Source of the DNA: a virus
Taxonomy: Duplodnaviria; Caudoviricetes
DNA: 52,094 nt
Virus record (IMG/VR): IMGVR_UViG_3300044852_000027
Span: 1-52,094 of that record
Reading direction: 5' to 3' (one strand)
Shown here: piece after piece, positions 17,453 through 26,017 of the stretch
Numbering within the stretch: the first letter of the stretch is position 1
Layout of the letters: every line of letters begins with the position of its first letter
Made by a program: the position numbers and the translations under genes
The notes under the pieces: generated by a model
Told to the model about the DNA's origin: nothing
Database searches by the model: none
What the model saw: only the letters and a program-made list of their open reading frames with translations

Positions 17453-17522
17453 CCAACCCCGCCCACCTCAAGCCCCTTAACTGGGGCTTTGCCAGTACCA
17501 GCTATTAACCGGAGTCAACACC

Positions 17523-17678
17523 TTGAAAACAATGTGTAACTGCAATCAGGGGCGCCTACCTTGCGACGGTCGCTGCGTCACCGCCGTTCCTGACGGCGCG
17601 GGCACGACCCTCGCGCTTATGGGGTTGTTTTTCCTCGCTGCTGTCCTGTTCTCGATTATCGGAGTGCTAATCAGATGA
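17523..17678 (+). CDS. 51-aa Cys-rich membrane peptide (not in ORF track)
   Basis: GGAG RBS; MKTMCNCNQGRLPCDGRCVTAVPDGAGTTLALMGLFFLAAVLFSIIGVLIR; ATGA coupling. Confidence 0.6.
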   Translation: MKTMCNCNQGRLPCDGRCVTAVPDGAGTTLALMGLFFLAAVLFSIIGVLIR

Positions 17679-18292
17679 AAGACATCATCCGTCAGGCGGT
17701 CGCTGATGCGGCTCAATATCTGCACCTTGCGCACGGCATCGCGGGCGCCGTCATGAATGGGTTTAACTCGTCCTCGCTCGTCCAGGCGGCAAAGGAGCTG
17801 CGCGAGGATGATGCTGATCGGTTGCGTCGCGGCCAGCTTGCCGAGTTTGAGAAGGGGGAAATATTCGACACTATGACGATCTCTTGTCCGGCATGGGGCG
17901 AGGATCTCATTCTTGTGAGCCACGAGGGCGGGTCGCGACCGGTCACGCCTGAGGAGTTGCGGTCGATACGTGGCGCGGTCAAGATCGATGACGTCGTTAT
18001 CCGAGGCCCTGGCGGTTTTGTTGGGCATGGGGCGCGCGAGACTGTAGCCTCGGTAACCCGCCGCCGCGAGGAGTGCGCGGACGCGGCCCAATGGATGCTT
18101 GGGGAGTTTCCCGAGTGGGCGACGCAATCGCTTCTCTTTGATTCTCCGCGAGCCATCATCAAAGAGGCGTCAATGCGCGGCTATAAACCGAAGGTAACGC
18201 TCCCGCGCGGGCTTCTTGAGGAGGCTATCCTCTGCCTGGAGCAGACCGGGCAAAACGTCAGTCTCTCGGCAGACCTCAAAAAATACCTTTGA
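17675..18292 (+). CDS. Hypothetical protein with ADAA(Q/E)-aromatic motifs
   Basis: GGAG RBS; motifs shared with 21185-21964. Confidence 0.7.
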   Translation: MKDIIRQAVADAAQYLHLAHGIAGAVMNGFNSSSLVQAAKELREDDADRLRRGQLAEFEKGEIFDTMTISCPAWGEDLILVSHEGGSRPVTPEELRSIRGAVKIDDVVIRGPGGFVGHGARETVASVTRRREECADAAQWMLGEFPEWATQSLLFDSPRAIIKEASMRGYKPKVTLPRGLLEEAILCLEQTGQNVSLSADLKKYL

Positions 18293-18352
18293 CTCACAAC
18301 ACGAAAGCCGGATAACCTCCGGCTTCAATTTCACGCGCGTAAGGGGTAACAG

Positions 18353-18895
18353 ATGCAACGGGAAACAATCAGGATTGAGACTAACTCCGCAGGTCTCGCG
18401 AACGCTCTGCTAGCTTCGAGATATGCTGAAAAGCTGGTAAACGTTTGTGGGTTCGAGTTCGACGGACGTAACGTCGGCGTCACGCATTCGCGCTCGGGTA
18501 GCCTGGTAGAGTTCCTGGGGCAACTGGTCGCTGCGCCAGCCTGGGTCGGCGTAGGGCTGCCGCCCGTCGGCATGGATGTCGAGGTCTTGTTTTCGTCTAT
18601 CGACGGGAGTTACGCAAAGGCCCATGTCCTGGCGCATGATGGCGACAGGGCGCTTTACAGGTTCGTCGAGAGTCCGCGCATAGGCGATTATCAAGCCTAC
18701 AAGCAGCATGACGAGTTTCGAGGCTTGTGGATGTTTCGGCCAATCCGCACGACTGAGGAGGTCGAGGCGGAGAAGCGCGCGGAGACCATTAAGGGACTGG
18801 CCGACCTGATGCGTGGCCAGCCTGCCAGCGCTAGTGCAGTTGCCGCCTACCTGTATGATAAGGGTGTACGTCTGACGCAAGGGGTTGAGGTATGA
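18353..18895 (+). CDS. Hypothetical phage protein
   Basis: WVGVGLPPVG motif recurrent in Pseudomonas phage accessory proteins; TTGACT-N18-TAACCT upstream. Confidence 0.7.
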   Translation: MQRETIRIETNSAGLANALLASRYAEKLVNVCGFEFDGRNVGVTHSRSGSLVEFLGQLVAAPAWVGVGLPPVGMDVEVLFSSIDGSYAKAHVLAHDGDRALYRFVESPRIGDYQAYKQHDEFRGLWMFRPIRTTEEVEAEKRAETIKGLADLMRGQPASASAVAAYLYDKGVRLTQGVEV

Positions 18896-19050
18896 GCAGG
18901 CGCGCGACTCCGATAGAGAATAAACCGAAGCCCGCCCAACAATTCACCCCCGAGGAGTGCGCGCGCATCCTGGCATGGTTCGCGCAGTGTCGTAGCGTGG
19001 CACCTGCCGACTACGATCTCGCGGCTAAGGTGCGGAGGGCTGGGGCGTGA
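18892..19050 (+). CDS. 52-aa hypothetical protein (not in ORF track)
   Basis: GAGGT RBS; start/stop overlaps on both sides. Confidence 0.55.
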   Translation: MSRRATPIENKPKPAQQFTPEECARILAWFAQCRSVAPADYDLAAKVRRAGA

Positions 19051-19493
19051 TTATCGGTCCCGACCACTACCGTTATCGCGACGTCCTCAATGAGTACGGT
19101 ATGACGCTCGTCGAGGAGGTCTATCAAGTCATTCGCGAGACGCCAGCGGGTTACTGGGTCCAGCCGTATCACGGGTATCGCTTCGCATCTAAGGAGGAGT
19201 TCGACAACGCCTACGCGAATCGCAAGTGGAACCGCGAGGCTCGCTTCGTGCTCAAGGAGTCGGGTCGCCGCCACTGCTACCCGACGCGCCTGGAGGCCAT
19301 GCAGTCGCTAGGACATCGCAAGGCGGCGCAGCTCAAGCATGCGGAGACGTCTCTCGCTAGAGCCCGCATCGCCCTGGAGGCTGCAAACAAGATCGTACAG
19401 AGCGGCAGCGGATACCCGCTGTGCAAGTACGGCGGCGGCCACGACATCAAAATAGGCATGCCTCCCGAGTTCGCGGGGCTTTGCTGGTACTAG
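19047..19493 (+). CDS. Hypothetical protein
   Basis: VIRETPAGYWV; followed by terminator 19499-19522. Confidence 0.7.
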   Translation: MIIGPDHYRYRDVLNEYGMTLVEEVYQVIRETPAGYWVQPYHGYRFASKEEFDNAYANRKWNREARFVLKESGRRHCYPTRLEAMQSLGHRKAAQLKHAETSLARARIALEAANKIVQSGSGYPLCKYGGGHDIKIGMPPEFAGLCWY

Positions 19494-19652
19494 CTGACAA
19501 GCCCCTTGACAGGGGCTTTTTTACGCCCGCCAGAAGGCTTGGATCCATGTTCCCGGCCGTCATAAGCCTTATAACCATAAAATCTTTGCGACCCGTCAAA
19601 CCCGGTCTAAGCTTTAGATAGCGGAGGCCGTCTCCGCCCTAATGAGGGTGTC

Positions 19653-20210
19653 ATGATGAAAAGTGCAATCAAGGTGGATCTCGCTGTCGTATTCGGCCAA
19701 ATCGAAGACGCGGGTCACAAGCTGGACGAGGTCGCGGGGCAGATCCTCCTGGCCGCCAGGTCCGCCAAGGCCGAGAAGCTGGATGAGTTCAACGAGATGG
19801 TTTACGCCGCCTACGATGCTAAAGGCTGGTCCCGTCGCATGGGTCGCCCGGTCGAAGGTGACGTGCCAGCGCCTCAGACCGTCCGCGTGTACATCTCGAC
19901 GATCCGCGCGGCCTACAACAACGGCGTCAAGGTGCTGGACTTCGACAGCATTGGCGAGCTTCGCAAGGCTTTGCGTATTGCCCGCAGCAAGATGGCAGCC
20001 TCTAGCCCGATGGCGGCTCCGGTAGCGCCCGAGCTGAAGGGCGTAGAGGTCAAGAACGAGGGCAAGCTTACTGGCGCCCCGTTCCATGACATTGTCGAGC
20101 TGTATAAGAACCTCCCGGAGAAGTGGAAGCTTGAGATTCTGGAGAAGGTTAGCAAGATGGTTACGCAGTACACGAAGAAAGCGCCACCGGCCTTGCGACT
20201 CGTCGCTTAA
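19653..20210 (+). CDS. Hypothetical protein, stand-alone transcription unit
   Basis: GAGG RBS; terminators on both sides (19499-19522, 20225-20252). Confidence 0.75.
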   Translation: MMKSAIKVDLAVVFGQIEDAGHKLDEVAGQILLAARSAKAEKLDEFNEMVYAAYDAKGWSRRMGRPVEGDVPAPQTVRVYISTIRAAYNNGVKVLDFDSIGELRKALRIARSKMAASSPMAAPVAPELKGVEVKNEGKLTGAPFHDIVELYKNLPEKWKLEILEKVSKMVTQYTKKAPPALRLVA

Positions 20211-20367
20211 CCGGGTTAACACCCAAGCCCGCCAACAATGGCGGGCTTTTTTACGCCTTGACAAAAGTAAAAAGACCATTCGTCAACTGTCCAGGCTTTA
20301 TGGATCGTGGACAGCGAGAAAACCCTTGTTTTCAGATGTCAACCCATGGCAGGATGCGCGCTGACCT

Positions 20368-20802
20368 ATGGAGGCTTGGCGCTGGATGAAACCCTTAGTT
20401 GAGATCTATTCGCGGTACAACGAGTGCCGCAAGGCGCTGAACGAAACGAACGATTGCACCGTAACATCGCTGGCGTTCTTGATGGGCTGGCCGTACAGGG
20501 ACGCCCACAAAGCCATGGAGCGTGGCGGTAGGCAGCATCGCAAGGGCCGATACATGCACACGGCGGCGGCTAGCGCCGACATGAAGATGGTCAACGGCCT
20601 ATGCCCGGATAAGGGCGTCACGCTCGGGGAGTTCTGCAAGGCTCATCCGGTCGGGCGCTACTGGGTAGAGGTCACGAAGCACGCGCTCGCGGTTGTTGAC
20701 GGACAGGTACACGACCACTCACTACGACCACTTCGCCGCGTAAAAAGGGCGTGGCGCATTCATAACGAACCACAACTTAGGATTGAGCATCATGGGCATT
20801 AA
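20368..20802 (+). CDS. Putative papain-like (C39-like) cysteine peptidase-fold protein
   Basis: NDCTV..LA, HALAVVDG..HD (Cys-His-Asp order); start may be 20386. Confidence 0.55.
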   Translation: MEAWRWMKPLVEIYSRYNECRKALNETNDCTVTSLAFLMGWPYRDAHKAMERGGRQHRKGRYMHTAAASADMKMVNGLCPDKGVTLGEFCKAHPVGRYWVEVTKHALAVVDGQVHDHSLRPLRRVKRAWRIHNEPQLRIEHHGH

Positions 20803-20983
20803 GCAAGCAACGCACGTCGTACCTGGCGATAAGATCGAGGGCAGCGGCGGGATATTCACGGTTACCGATGCGCGACCAGGGATCGGCGATACGGTCCTTT
20901 TGCGCGGCACGGTAGGCGGCGTAGCGACCGACTGGACGAGCTACAACGTCTTGGACATGTTCGACGTCGTGACGGTCCATTGA
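20783..20983 (+). CDS. Hypothetical small beta-rich protein
   Basis: ATHVVPGDKI; ORF in operon. Confidence 0.55.
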   Translation: MSIMGIKQATHVVPGDKIEGSGGIFTVTDARPGIGDTVLLRGTVGGVATDWTSYNVLDMFDVVTVH

Positions 20984-21144
20984 CCCTGGCAGACGTCGTC
21001 GCGTATCACGTCAAGGCGGCCGAAGCGGTCGAGGCCTACGCCCGCGTCGACATGAAGCCGCGCGACCGCGAGCACTACGAGAAGCGCGCAAAGTGGCACC
21101 GAGAAACAGTTAAATTATTGCTTGACCTCAGTCAATCAGATTGA
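20980..21144 (+). CDS. 54-aa hypothetical protein (not in ORF track)
   Basis: TTGA overlap; MTLADVVAYHVKAAEAVEAYARVDMKPRDREHYEKRAKWHRETVKLLLDLSQSD. Confidence 0.5.
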   Translation: MTLADVVAYHVKAAEAVEAYARVDMKPRDREHYEKRAKWHRETVKLLLDLSQSD

Positions 21145-21150
21145 CATGAT
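21122..21150 (+). promoter_or_regulatory. Repeated promoter with operator
   Basis: TTGACC-N17-CATGAT-type arrangement with perfect TTGAC-N4-GTCAA-N5-TTGAC. Confidence 0.7.
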
Positions 21151-21184
21151 GCGGGCTCATTTAAACAGGCTGGAGAGCGGGAAA

Positions 21185-21964
21185 ATGACAAAGGTAGTCG
21201 AGTACATTAAGGCTTATCGGGAGCTACAAGACGAGTTCGCGCTCGGTCGCGTCACCTTCATTACTTACGCAGTTCGTAATGGCATGCTGATAGCGGGTAT
21301 CGATGCGGAGCGCGCCCCTGTCGCGGACAAGGCGGCTGACCTTTACGACAAAGCCGACAAAGGGCTGGCGCGCGCGCTGCAAATCTGGCTGCACGATCAA
21401 CCGGCTGAGGTCGTTCTCGCAAGCGGGGGGCTTATTATCGACGCGGGCCATACTGTCAGCGCTGGCATTGATCCGTCCGGTATGCTGTATTACGGCCAAT
21501 ACACGAGAGCGGCAAAAGAATTCATTATCGCTAACTCCATGGGGGCGTTCCTCGCCTATCCTGAAGGCGAACCAATCAACTCCGTCGAGTGGACCATTTT
21601 TTTCCCGTCCGGCATCTGCTCCGTAGAGCCCGAGCGCGACTCGACGTGTGCGGATGCGGCCCAATGGCTGTGGATGCGCGGGGATTTCGCCAACCTGCAA
21701 AACTACCTGCATAGTCACAAGAATTCGGCGGAGCAGATCGTCGGATTCGCTCGCTCGGAGATGGGGCGCCTGGATGCGCAGCGGGCGATTGTTGCTGATG
21801 CTGCCGAGTTCCTGCATCGTTATGCGCGGGTAGATCAGGGCTTTATGCGCCGATGGCCTACCACGCTAACGCAACTTGCCAAGCTTGAGCTTGAGGCGCT
21901 TAACGATCATCGAGTCAAGGTCGCCGACGCTATCGCCGAGATCCTTGTAGGGGGTCTGCTATGA
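21185..21964 (+). CDS. Hypothetical protein with ADAA motifs
   Basis: GGAG RBS before ATG at 21185. Confidence 0.7.
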   Translation: MTKVVEYIKAYRELQDEFALGRVTFITYAVRNGMLIAGIDAERAPVADKAADLYDKADKGLARALQIWLHDQPAEVVLASGGLIIDAGHTVSAGIDPSGMLYYGQYTRAAKEFIIANSMGAFLAYPEGEPINSVEWTIFFPSGICSVEPERDSTCADAAQWLWMRGDFANLQNYLHSHKNSAEQIVGFARSEMGRLDAQRAIVADAAEFLHRYARVDQGFMRRWPTTLTQLAKLELEALNDHRVKVADAIAEILVGGLL

Positions 21965-22185
21965 TCCGAGTGAAACAGCAACTCAAGGCCTACCACAAGG
22001 CGCAAGGGCTGCGCGGCAAGCGCCTCAAGCGGGCGGTTTTGGCGGATGTCAAGTTGGCGCGACGCGAGCGACTGGAGCTTAAAGGTAGGGACGTGTTCAC
22101 GAGCGGCGGCATGTCGCGCCAGTTTGTATGGGTCGATTCGACGCAGGGGCACGCCTACTGGAGCGCTCGGGATGTGGGGCTGTGA
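21961..22185 (+). CDS. Hypothetical protein
   Basis: FVWVDSTQGHAYW motif; coupled ORF. Confidence 0.6.
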   Translation: MIRVKQQLKAYHKAQGLRGKRLKRAVLADVKLARRERLELKGRDVFTSGGMSRQFVWVDSTQGHAYWSARDVGL

Positions 22186-22451
22186 ACCGCTACACGGTAA
22201 CGCCAGGGGCGGTGGATCAGTTCAACCGGGTCAAATCCTTCACGGTATGGCTAGACGAGAAATACCCGTTCGCCATCTGCAAGGACGAGGATGACGCAGA
22301 CCAAGTGGCGGCGGCGTTGAACGGGGTGGATCCCGAGCCCGAGCCCGAACCGGCGGATCCAGACTGGAACCTTTGCCCGCGTGGCGGGGATCACAACTAC
22401 AACGATGAGACCATATGCAGGAAGTGCGGTCATGATGGGATCCCGTTCTAA
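22182..22451 (+). CDS. Hypothetical Zn-finger protein ending in DGIPF
   Basis: CPRGGDH...CRKCGH; PE linker. Confidence 0.6.
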   Translation: MNRYTVTPGAVDQFNRVKSFTVWLDEKYPFAICKDEDDADQVAAALNGVDPEPEPEPADPDWNLCPRGGDHNYNDETICRKCGHDGIPF

Positions 22452-22540
22452 CCGTCAAATCAATTGACGAAAGTTCTTGTAATGCCCGAGGCCATCTTTT
22501 AGGATGGCCTCCTTGTTTTTACCACCTGGAGAAAAGAACG

Positions 22541-23527
22541 ATGGACGAGCACGAAATCGCGGCATTCCTCGCCGATAACAGCTTCAACAAAATGATGCAC
22601 AAAGACGTCAAAATGATCGTTCGTGGCGACAAAGGCCTGCGCGTCCAGCTGAAAAACATTCATCACAAGCTACGCGCCGACGGCACTTGCTGGAACCGCC
22701 GCGACATGTCGAAGCCTTCGACGGTTGAGCATATCCAGTCGATGGCAAACGCGATCATGAACGGCGTCGAGCTGCCACAAATTTGGGTCCAGCCTCGCCC
22801 CGGTGGTGGCGTGCAATTGATTGACGGCTACTGCCGGACCGCCGCCTACTGGATCGCGGACGCAAGCGGCATTGGTGAACTGTGGGTTGACATCCGACCA
22901 TTCAAGGGCTCGGAGCTGGACGCGCTGGTCTTCATCAACGGCAGCCAGGAGAACGAAAAGCTCAACGACGCCGAGCGCTTCGAGCTGTGGAACGACATCC
23001 GCGAAGGCATGCGCGCCGAGGGCCTCAAAGGCACCCTGGCAGAAGTCGCGGAGCGCATCGGCGTAACCCGCCAGCGTGTCGATCAAGTCCTTAAGCTGGG
23101 CGAGCTGGATGCCGAAGGGATGGAACTGGTCAAGACCGGGCAAGTGTCGTCGTCCGTGGCCGTGGCCGCAATCCGTGACAACAAGGAGACCGCGACAGAA
23201 GTCATAAAAGCCGCCGTCAAGACCGCTGACGGCAAGAAGGCGACGACCAAGAGCGTAGCCGCCCCAACCGTCGCGCCGTCGCTCTTGCAGGACATGTACG
23301 CGATTCTGGAGCCGTTGCGCTCCGGTCTGACGAAGGACGAAGCCTACGACATCGAAAACTATCTGAAGGGCGAAAAAAGCAAGCCGCGCCACTCTGACTA
23401 TGTGCAGGTGCCGCTCGAAGAATGGGCTCGCCTGACTGCCTTGCTTGCCGAGGGCGACCGCCAGCTCAAAGAGAAGGCGCAGAAGGCCAAAGCCAAGAAA
23501 GAAGCCGCCGCTCAGGCCGAGCTCTAA
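22541..23527 (+). CDS. ParB/Spo0J-like protein (ParB N-terminal domain + HTH)
   Basis: LPQIWV...LIDGYCRTAA and LAEVAERIGVTRQRVDQVLKL; GGAG RBS; TTGTAA-N17-TAGGAT upstream. Confidence 0.8.
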   Translation: MDEHEIAAFLADNSFNKMMHKDVKMIVRGDKGLRVQLKNIHHKLRADGTCWNRRDMSKPSTVEHIQSMANAIMNGVELPQIWVQPRPGGGVQLIDGYCRTAAYWIADASGIGELWVDIRPFKGSELDALVFINGSQENEKLNDAERFELWNDIREGMRAEGLKGTLAEVAERIGVTRQRVDQVLKLGELDAEGMELVKTGQVSSSVAVAAIRDNKETATEVIKAAVKTADGKKATTKSVAAPTVAPSLLQDMYAILEPLRSGLTKDEAYDIENYLKGEKSKPRHSDYVQVPLEEWARLTALLAEGDRQLKEKAQKAKAKKEAAAQAEL

Positions 23528-23570
23528 CCACCAAACGGGGCGGGATGCCGCCCCTACTACGGAGTCTCAA

Positions 23571-23843
23571 ATGGATTTACTAAAGCTGCTCAAGAAGCAC
23601 CCCAAGGACGCGCAAGCGCTCCAGGATGCCGCGCTGAATATCAGCGTGCGCCGCAACAAAGACAAGACGTGGCAGGCGATGACCTGGACCGTCACCGATG
23701 ACAACAAACAGATCAACTGGTCTGACGTGCACGGTTACGAATCCCCGCGCCGCGCCGTACTTCACGCGATCCGCGCGGGCGTAGATGCCCGCATGAAGGC
23801 CGCAGCAATTTTCAGTCAGGAGAAAGCAAATGCAACTGAATGA
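23571..23843 (+). CDS. Hypothetical protein
   Basis: CGGAG RBS. Confidence 0.65.
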   Translation: MDLLKLLKKHPKDAQALQDAALNISVRRNKDKTWQAMTWTVTDDNKQINWSDVHGYESPRRAVLHAIRAGVDARMKAAAIFSQEKANATE

Positions 23844-24231
23844 AACCGCCGTAATCCGCGAATTCGTCAAAGAGGAGATGCTTTGCGGGTCTCGCGTAAC
23901 CTGCAATCCGGCGCCCACCAACACCGACCAGGATATTCTGGTACGCATCAACAAGGTCTACTTGGGCGACGTGGCGAACATTCTGCTCCGCGAAGGATGG
24001 AGCCTAGGCGGATCCGGCGAGCAGGATAGCGAGTTCGAGTCTTGGACTAAGGGCGAAATCAATCTAATCCTTGTTTGGGACCTGGAATTCTATAAGCGTC
24101 ACGCTTGCGCTACCGCTCTCTGCAAGCACTTGAACTTGATGAGCAAGGCGGATCGCCAGGCGGCATTCCGCGCCATGCTCTACAACGAGTCGCCTTGGGT
24201 TGAGCCGGAACCGCTGGAGGCCCCATTCTAA
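23830..24231 (+). CDS. Minimal Pol-beta superfamily nucleotidyltransferase
   Basis: LCGSR...TDQDILV (GS...DxD signature). Confidence 0.65.
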   Translation: MQLNETAVIREFVKEEMLCGSRVTCNPAPTNTDQDILVRINKVYLGDVANILLREGWSLGGSGEQDSEFESWTKGEINLILVWDLEFYKRHACATALCKHLNLMSKADRQAAFRAMLYNESPWVEPEPLEAPF

Positions 24232-24956
24232 TGCGCGCCTACATCGCAGACACTGAATGCACCGGCACCGACCCGGTAACGGATCAGGTTATCGAGCTGG
24301 CCGTAATGGACCTGCCGGACACCGTCGAGGCCTTCATGAAGGCGAAGCTCGAAGATCTCCCAATGGAGCACGCCTATTTCGGCCATAGCGCGCCTATGAA
24401 GTTCGGCGCGCTCAATACGCACCATATCAACCCGGACGACCTGAAGACCTTCGAGCCATTCGGCGGCCAGCTGGCCAACCCTGGCGGCTACATGATCGGC
24501 CATAACGTCGACTTCGACTCGGATTTCCTCGGCTGCCAGGGCGCTAAACGCATCTGCACGCTTGCGCTGTCTCGCTCGTTGTTCCCGGACATCGACAGCC
24601 ACGCGCAAGGCTCTGTGCTCTACTACATCGCCTGGGCGACCGGCAAGGGCTACCAATGGGCTAAGGAGTTGCTCCGCGACGCTCACGCGGCCGACGCAGA
24701 CGTCATGAACTGCGCCAGGGTGCTGAAATACATCATCATGGTTCTGGAGCGTCGCGGGACGCCGGTCGCAACATGGGAGGAGCTTTATCAGGTCGGCCTT
24801 GAGGCAAGGATCCCGAAGTTCATGACCTTCGGCGAGTTCAAGGGTCAGCCCATGGAGGATGTCTCGAACGGTTGGGCAAACTGGTACGCAAGACAGGATA
24901 AGACCGACCCTTACGTTATTCTCGGGCTCAAAAGAGCGGGAGTGTTGCCGGAATGA
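24231..24956 (+). CDS. DEDDh 3'-5' exonuclease (ExoX-like)
   Basis: ADTECTG, IGHNVDFD, AHAADADV and C-terminal MTFGEFKG. Confidence 0.9.
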   Translation: MRAYIADTECTGTDPVTDQVIELAVMDLPDTVEAFMKAKLEDLPMEHAYFGHSAPMKFGALNTHHINPDDLKTFEPFGGQLANPGGYMIGHNVDFDSDFLGCQGAKRICTLALSRSLFPDIDSHAQGSVLYYIAWATGKGYQWAKELLRDAHAADADVMNCARVLKYIIMVLERRGTPVATWEELYQVGLEARIPKFMTFGEFKGQPMEDVSNGWANWYARQDKTDPYVILGLKRAGVLPE

Positions 24957-25153
24957 TTACCATAGAAGAAAAGGCCGAGCTGCTCGATTTTCAGTGCGTC
25001 CTGATGACGTCACCGGAGCTGCTCAAGTGGTGGGATTCCATCCCCGTGAAGAACGAAGACCCGCAGACCCCGGAGCAGGCGCTCGAAAACATCACGGTGT
25101 TTTACGAGCAAGCGGTCGCCGACGGTGTTTACCCGATTAAAACTAACTCGTAA
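24953..25153 (+). CDS. Hypothetical acidic protein
   Basis: ATGA coupling; followed by terminator 25172-25204. Confidence 0.6.
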   Translation: MITIEEKAELLDFQCVLMTSPELLKWWDSIPVKNEDPQTPEQALENITVFYEQAVADGVYPIKTNS

Positions 25154-25220
25154 AATCGCTTGACACAAAGGACGCCCAACTATTAATTTAGCTGGGCGTT
25201 TTTCATTTGAGGTATACACG

Positions 25221-25556
25221 GTGCAAACGACTTTCCATTACGACTATGGCCAGTGGCGTGACGCGGTCAAGCAGGCAAAGAAGCTGCGTAGTCAGTCGGT
25301 CTATGTGTGGGTCGTCCTGCACCCGCATACGCGCCGCTACAAGGTTCTCGAAGGCGAGTCTATCGAGGATCGCCCAACGCGCGTGCCGGCCCTGTGGGAG
25401 CATCATAGCCCGCCCCCAAAGGTGCGCGAGATAGATCAGCGCATGATGGACCGTGACAATCTAAAGTGGCTCGCGTACGAGATTCAGAACGACGGCGACA
25501 CTGACAACAAGTTGGCGCAAGCCATCCTTAGCTACCTGGAGACATACGACCAATGA
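25221..25556 (+). CDS. Hypothetical protein
   Basis: GAGGT RBS; TTGACA upstream. Confidence 0.65.
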   Translation: MQTTFHYDYGQWRDAVKQAKKLRSQSVYVWVVLHPHTRRYKVLEGESIEDRPTRVPALWEHHSPPPKVREIDQRMMDRDNLKWLAYEIQNDGDTDNKLAQAILSYLETYDQ

Positions 25557-26017
25557 ACATCATTCAGCGAATGCGCGACCTTGCAAAAATCAAAGACGGC
25601 TACACCTTGGCGCTCGTCACGAAGGTGGATCTCGCCGACCTCGTGTGCTTGATTGACCAGTGCGTGTCAACCGGTGGCGGTGATATCCTGCAAGCCGCCC
25701 TTATCCGTAACGTCGAGCTGCGTAACGAGCTGGCGGCGGTAACCGGGCATAACCACACGCTCGCCGACATCGTCCGCCAGAAGGATAGCGAGGCGCGCAA
25801 CCATGGCGACGAGCGACGCCGCTTCATGGGCAACAACCGGGCGCTACTGGCTCGGGTCGAACAACTTGAGGCGACGGTCGCGGAGATGGGCTCCCTCGTT
25901 GACGACCTCGGCACCGAGTCCGAGGAGTGGCACGCGGCCTACAAGAAGAACCTCGGGCGTCTGATGCTGGCCGAGTCGCGTCTCGCGATGGTCGTCTCGC
26001 TGGCAGCCAAATCATGA
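25553..26017 (+). CDS. Hypothetical coiled-coil protein
   Basis: ATGA overlaps on both sides. Confidence 0.65.
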   Translation: MNIIQRMRDLAKIKDGYTLALVTKVDLADLVCLIDQCVSTGGGDILQAALIRNVELRNELAAVTGHNHTLADIVRQKDSEARNHGDERRRFMGNNRALLARVEQLEATVAEMGSLVDDLGTESEEWHAAYKKNLGRLMLAESRLAMVVSLAAKS

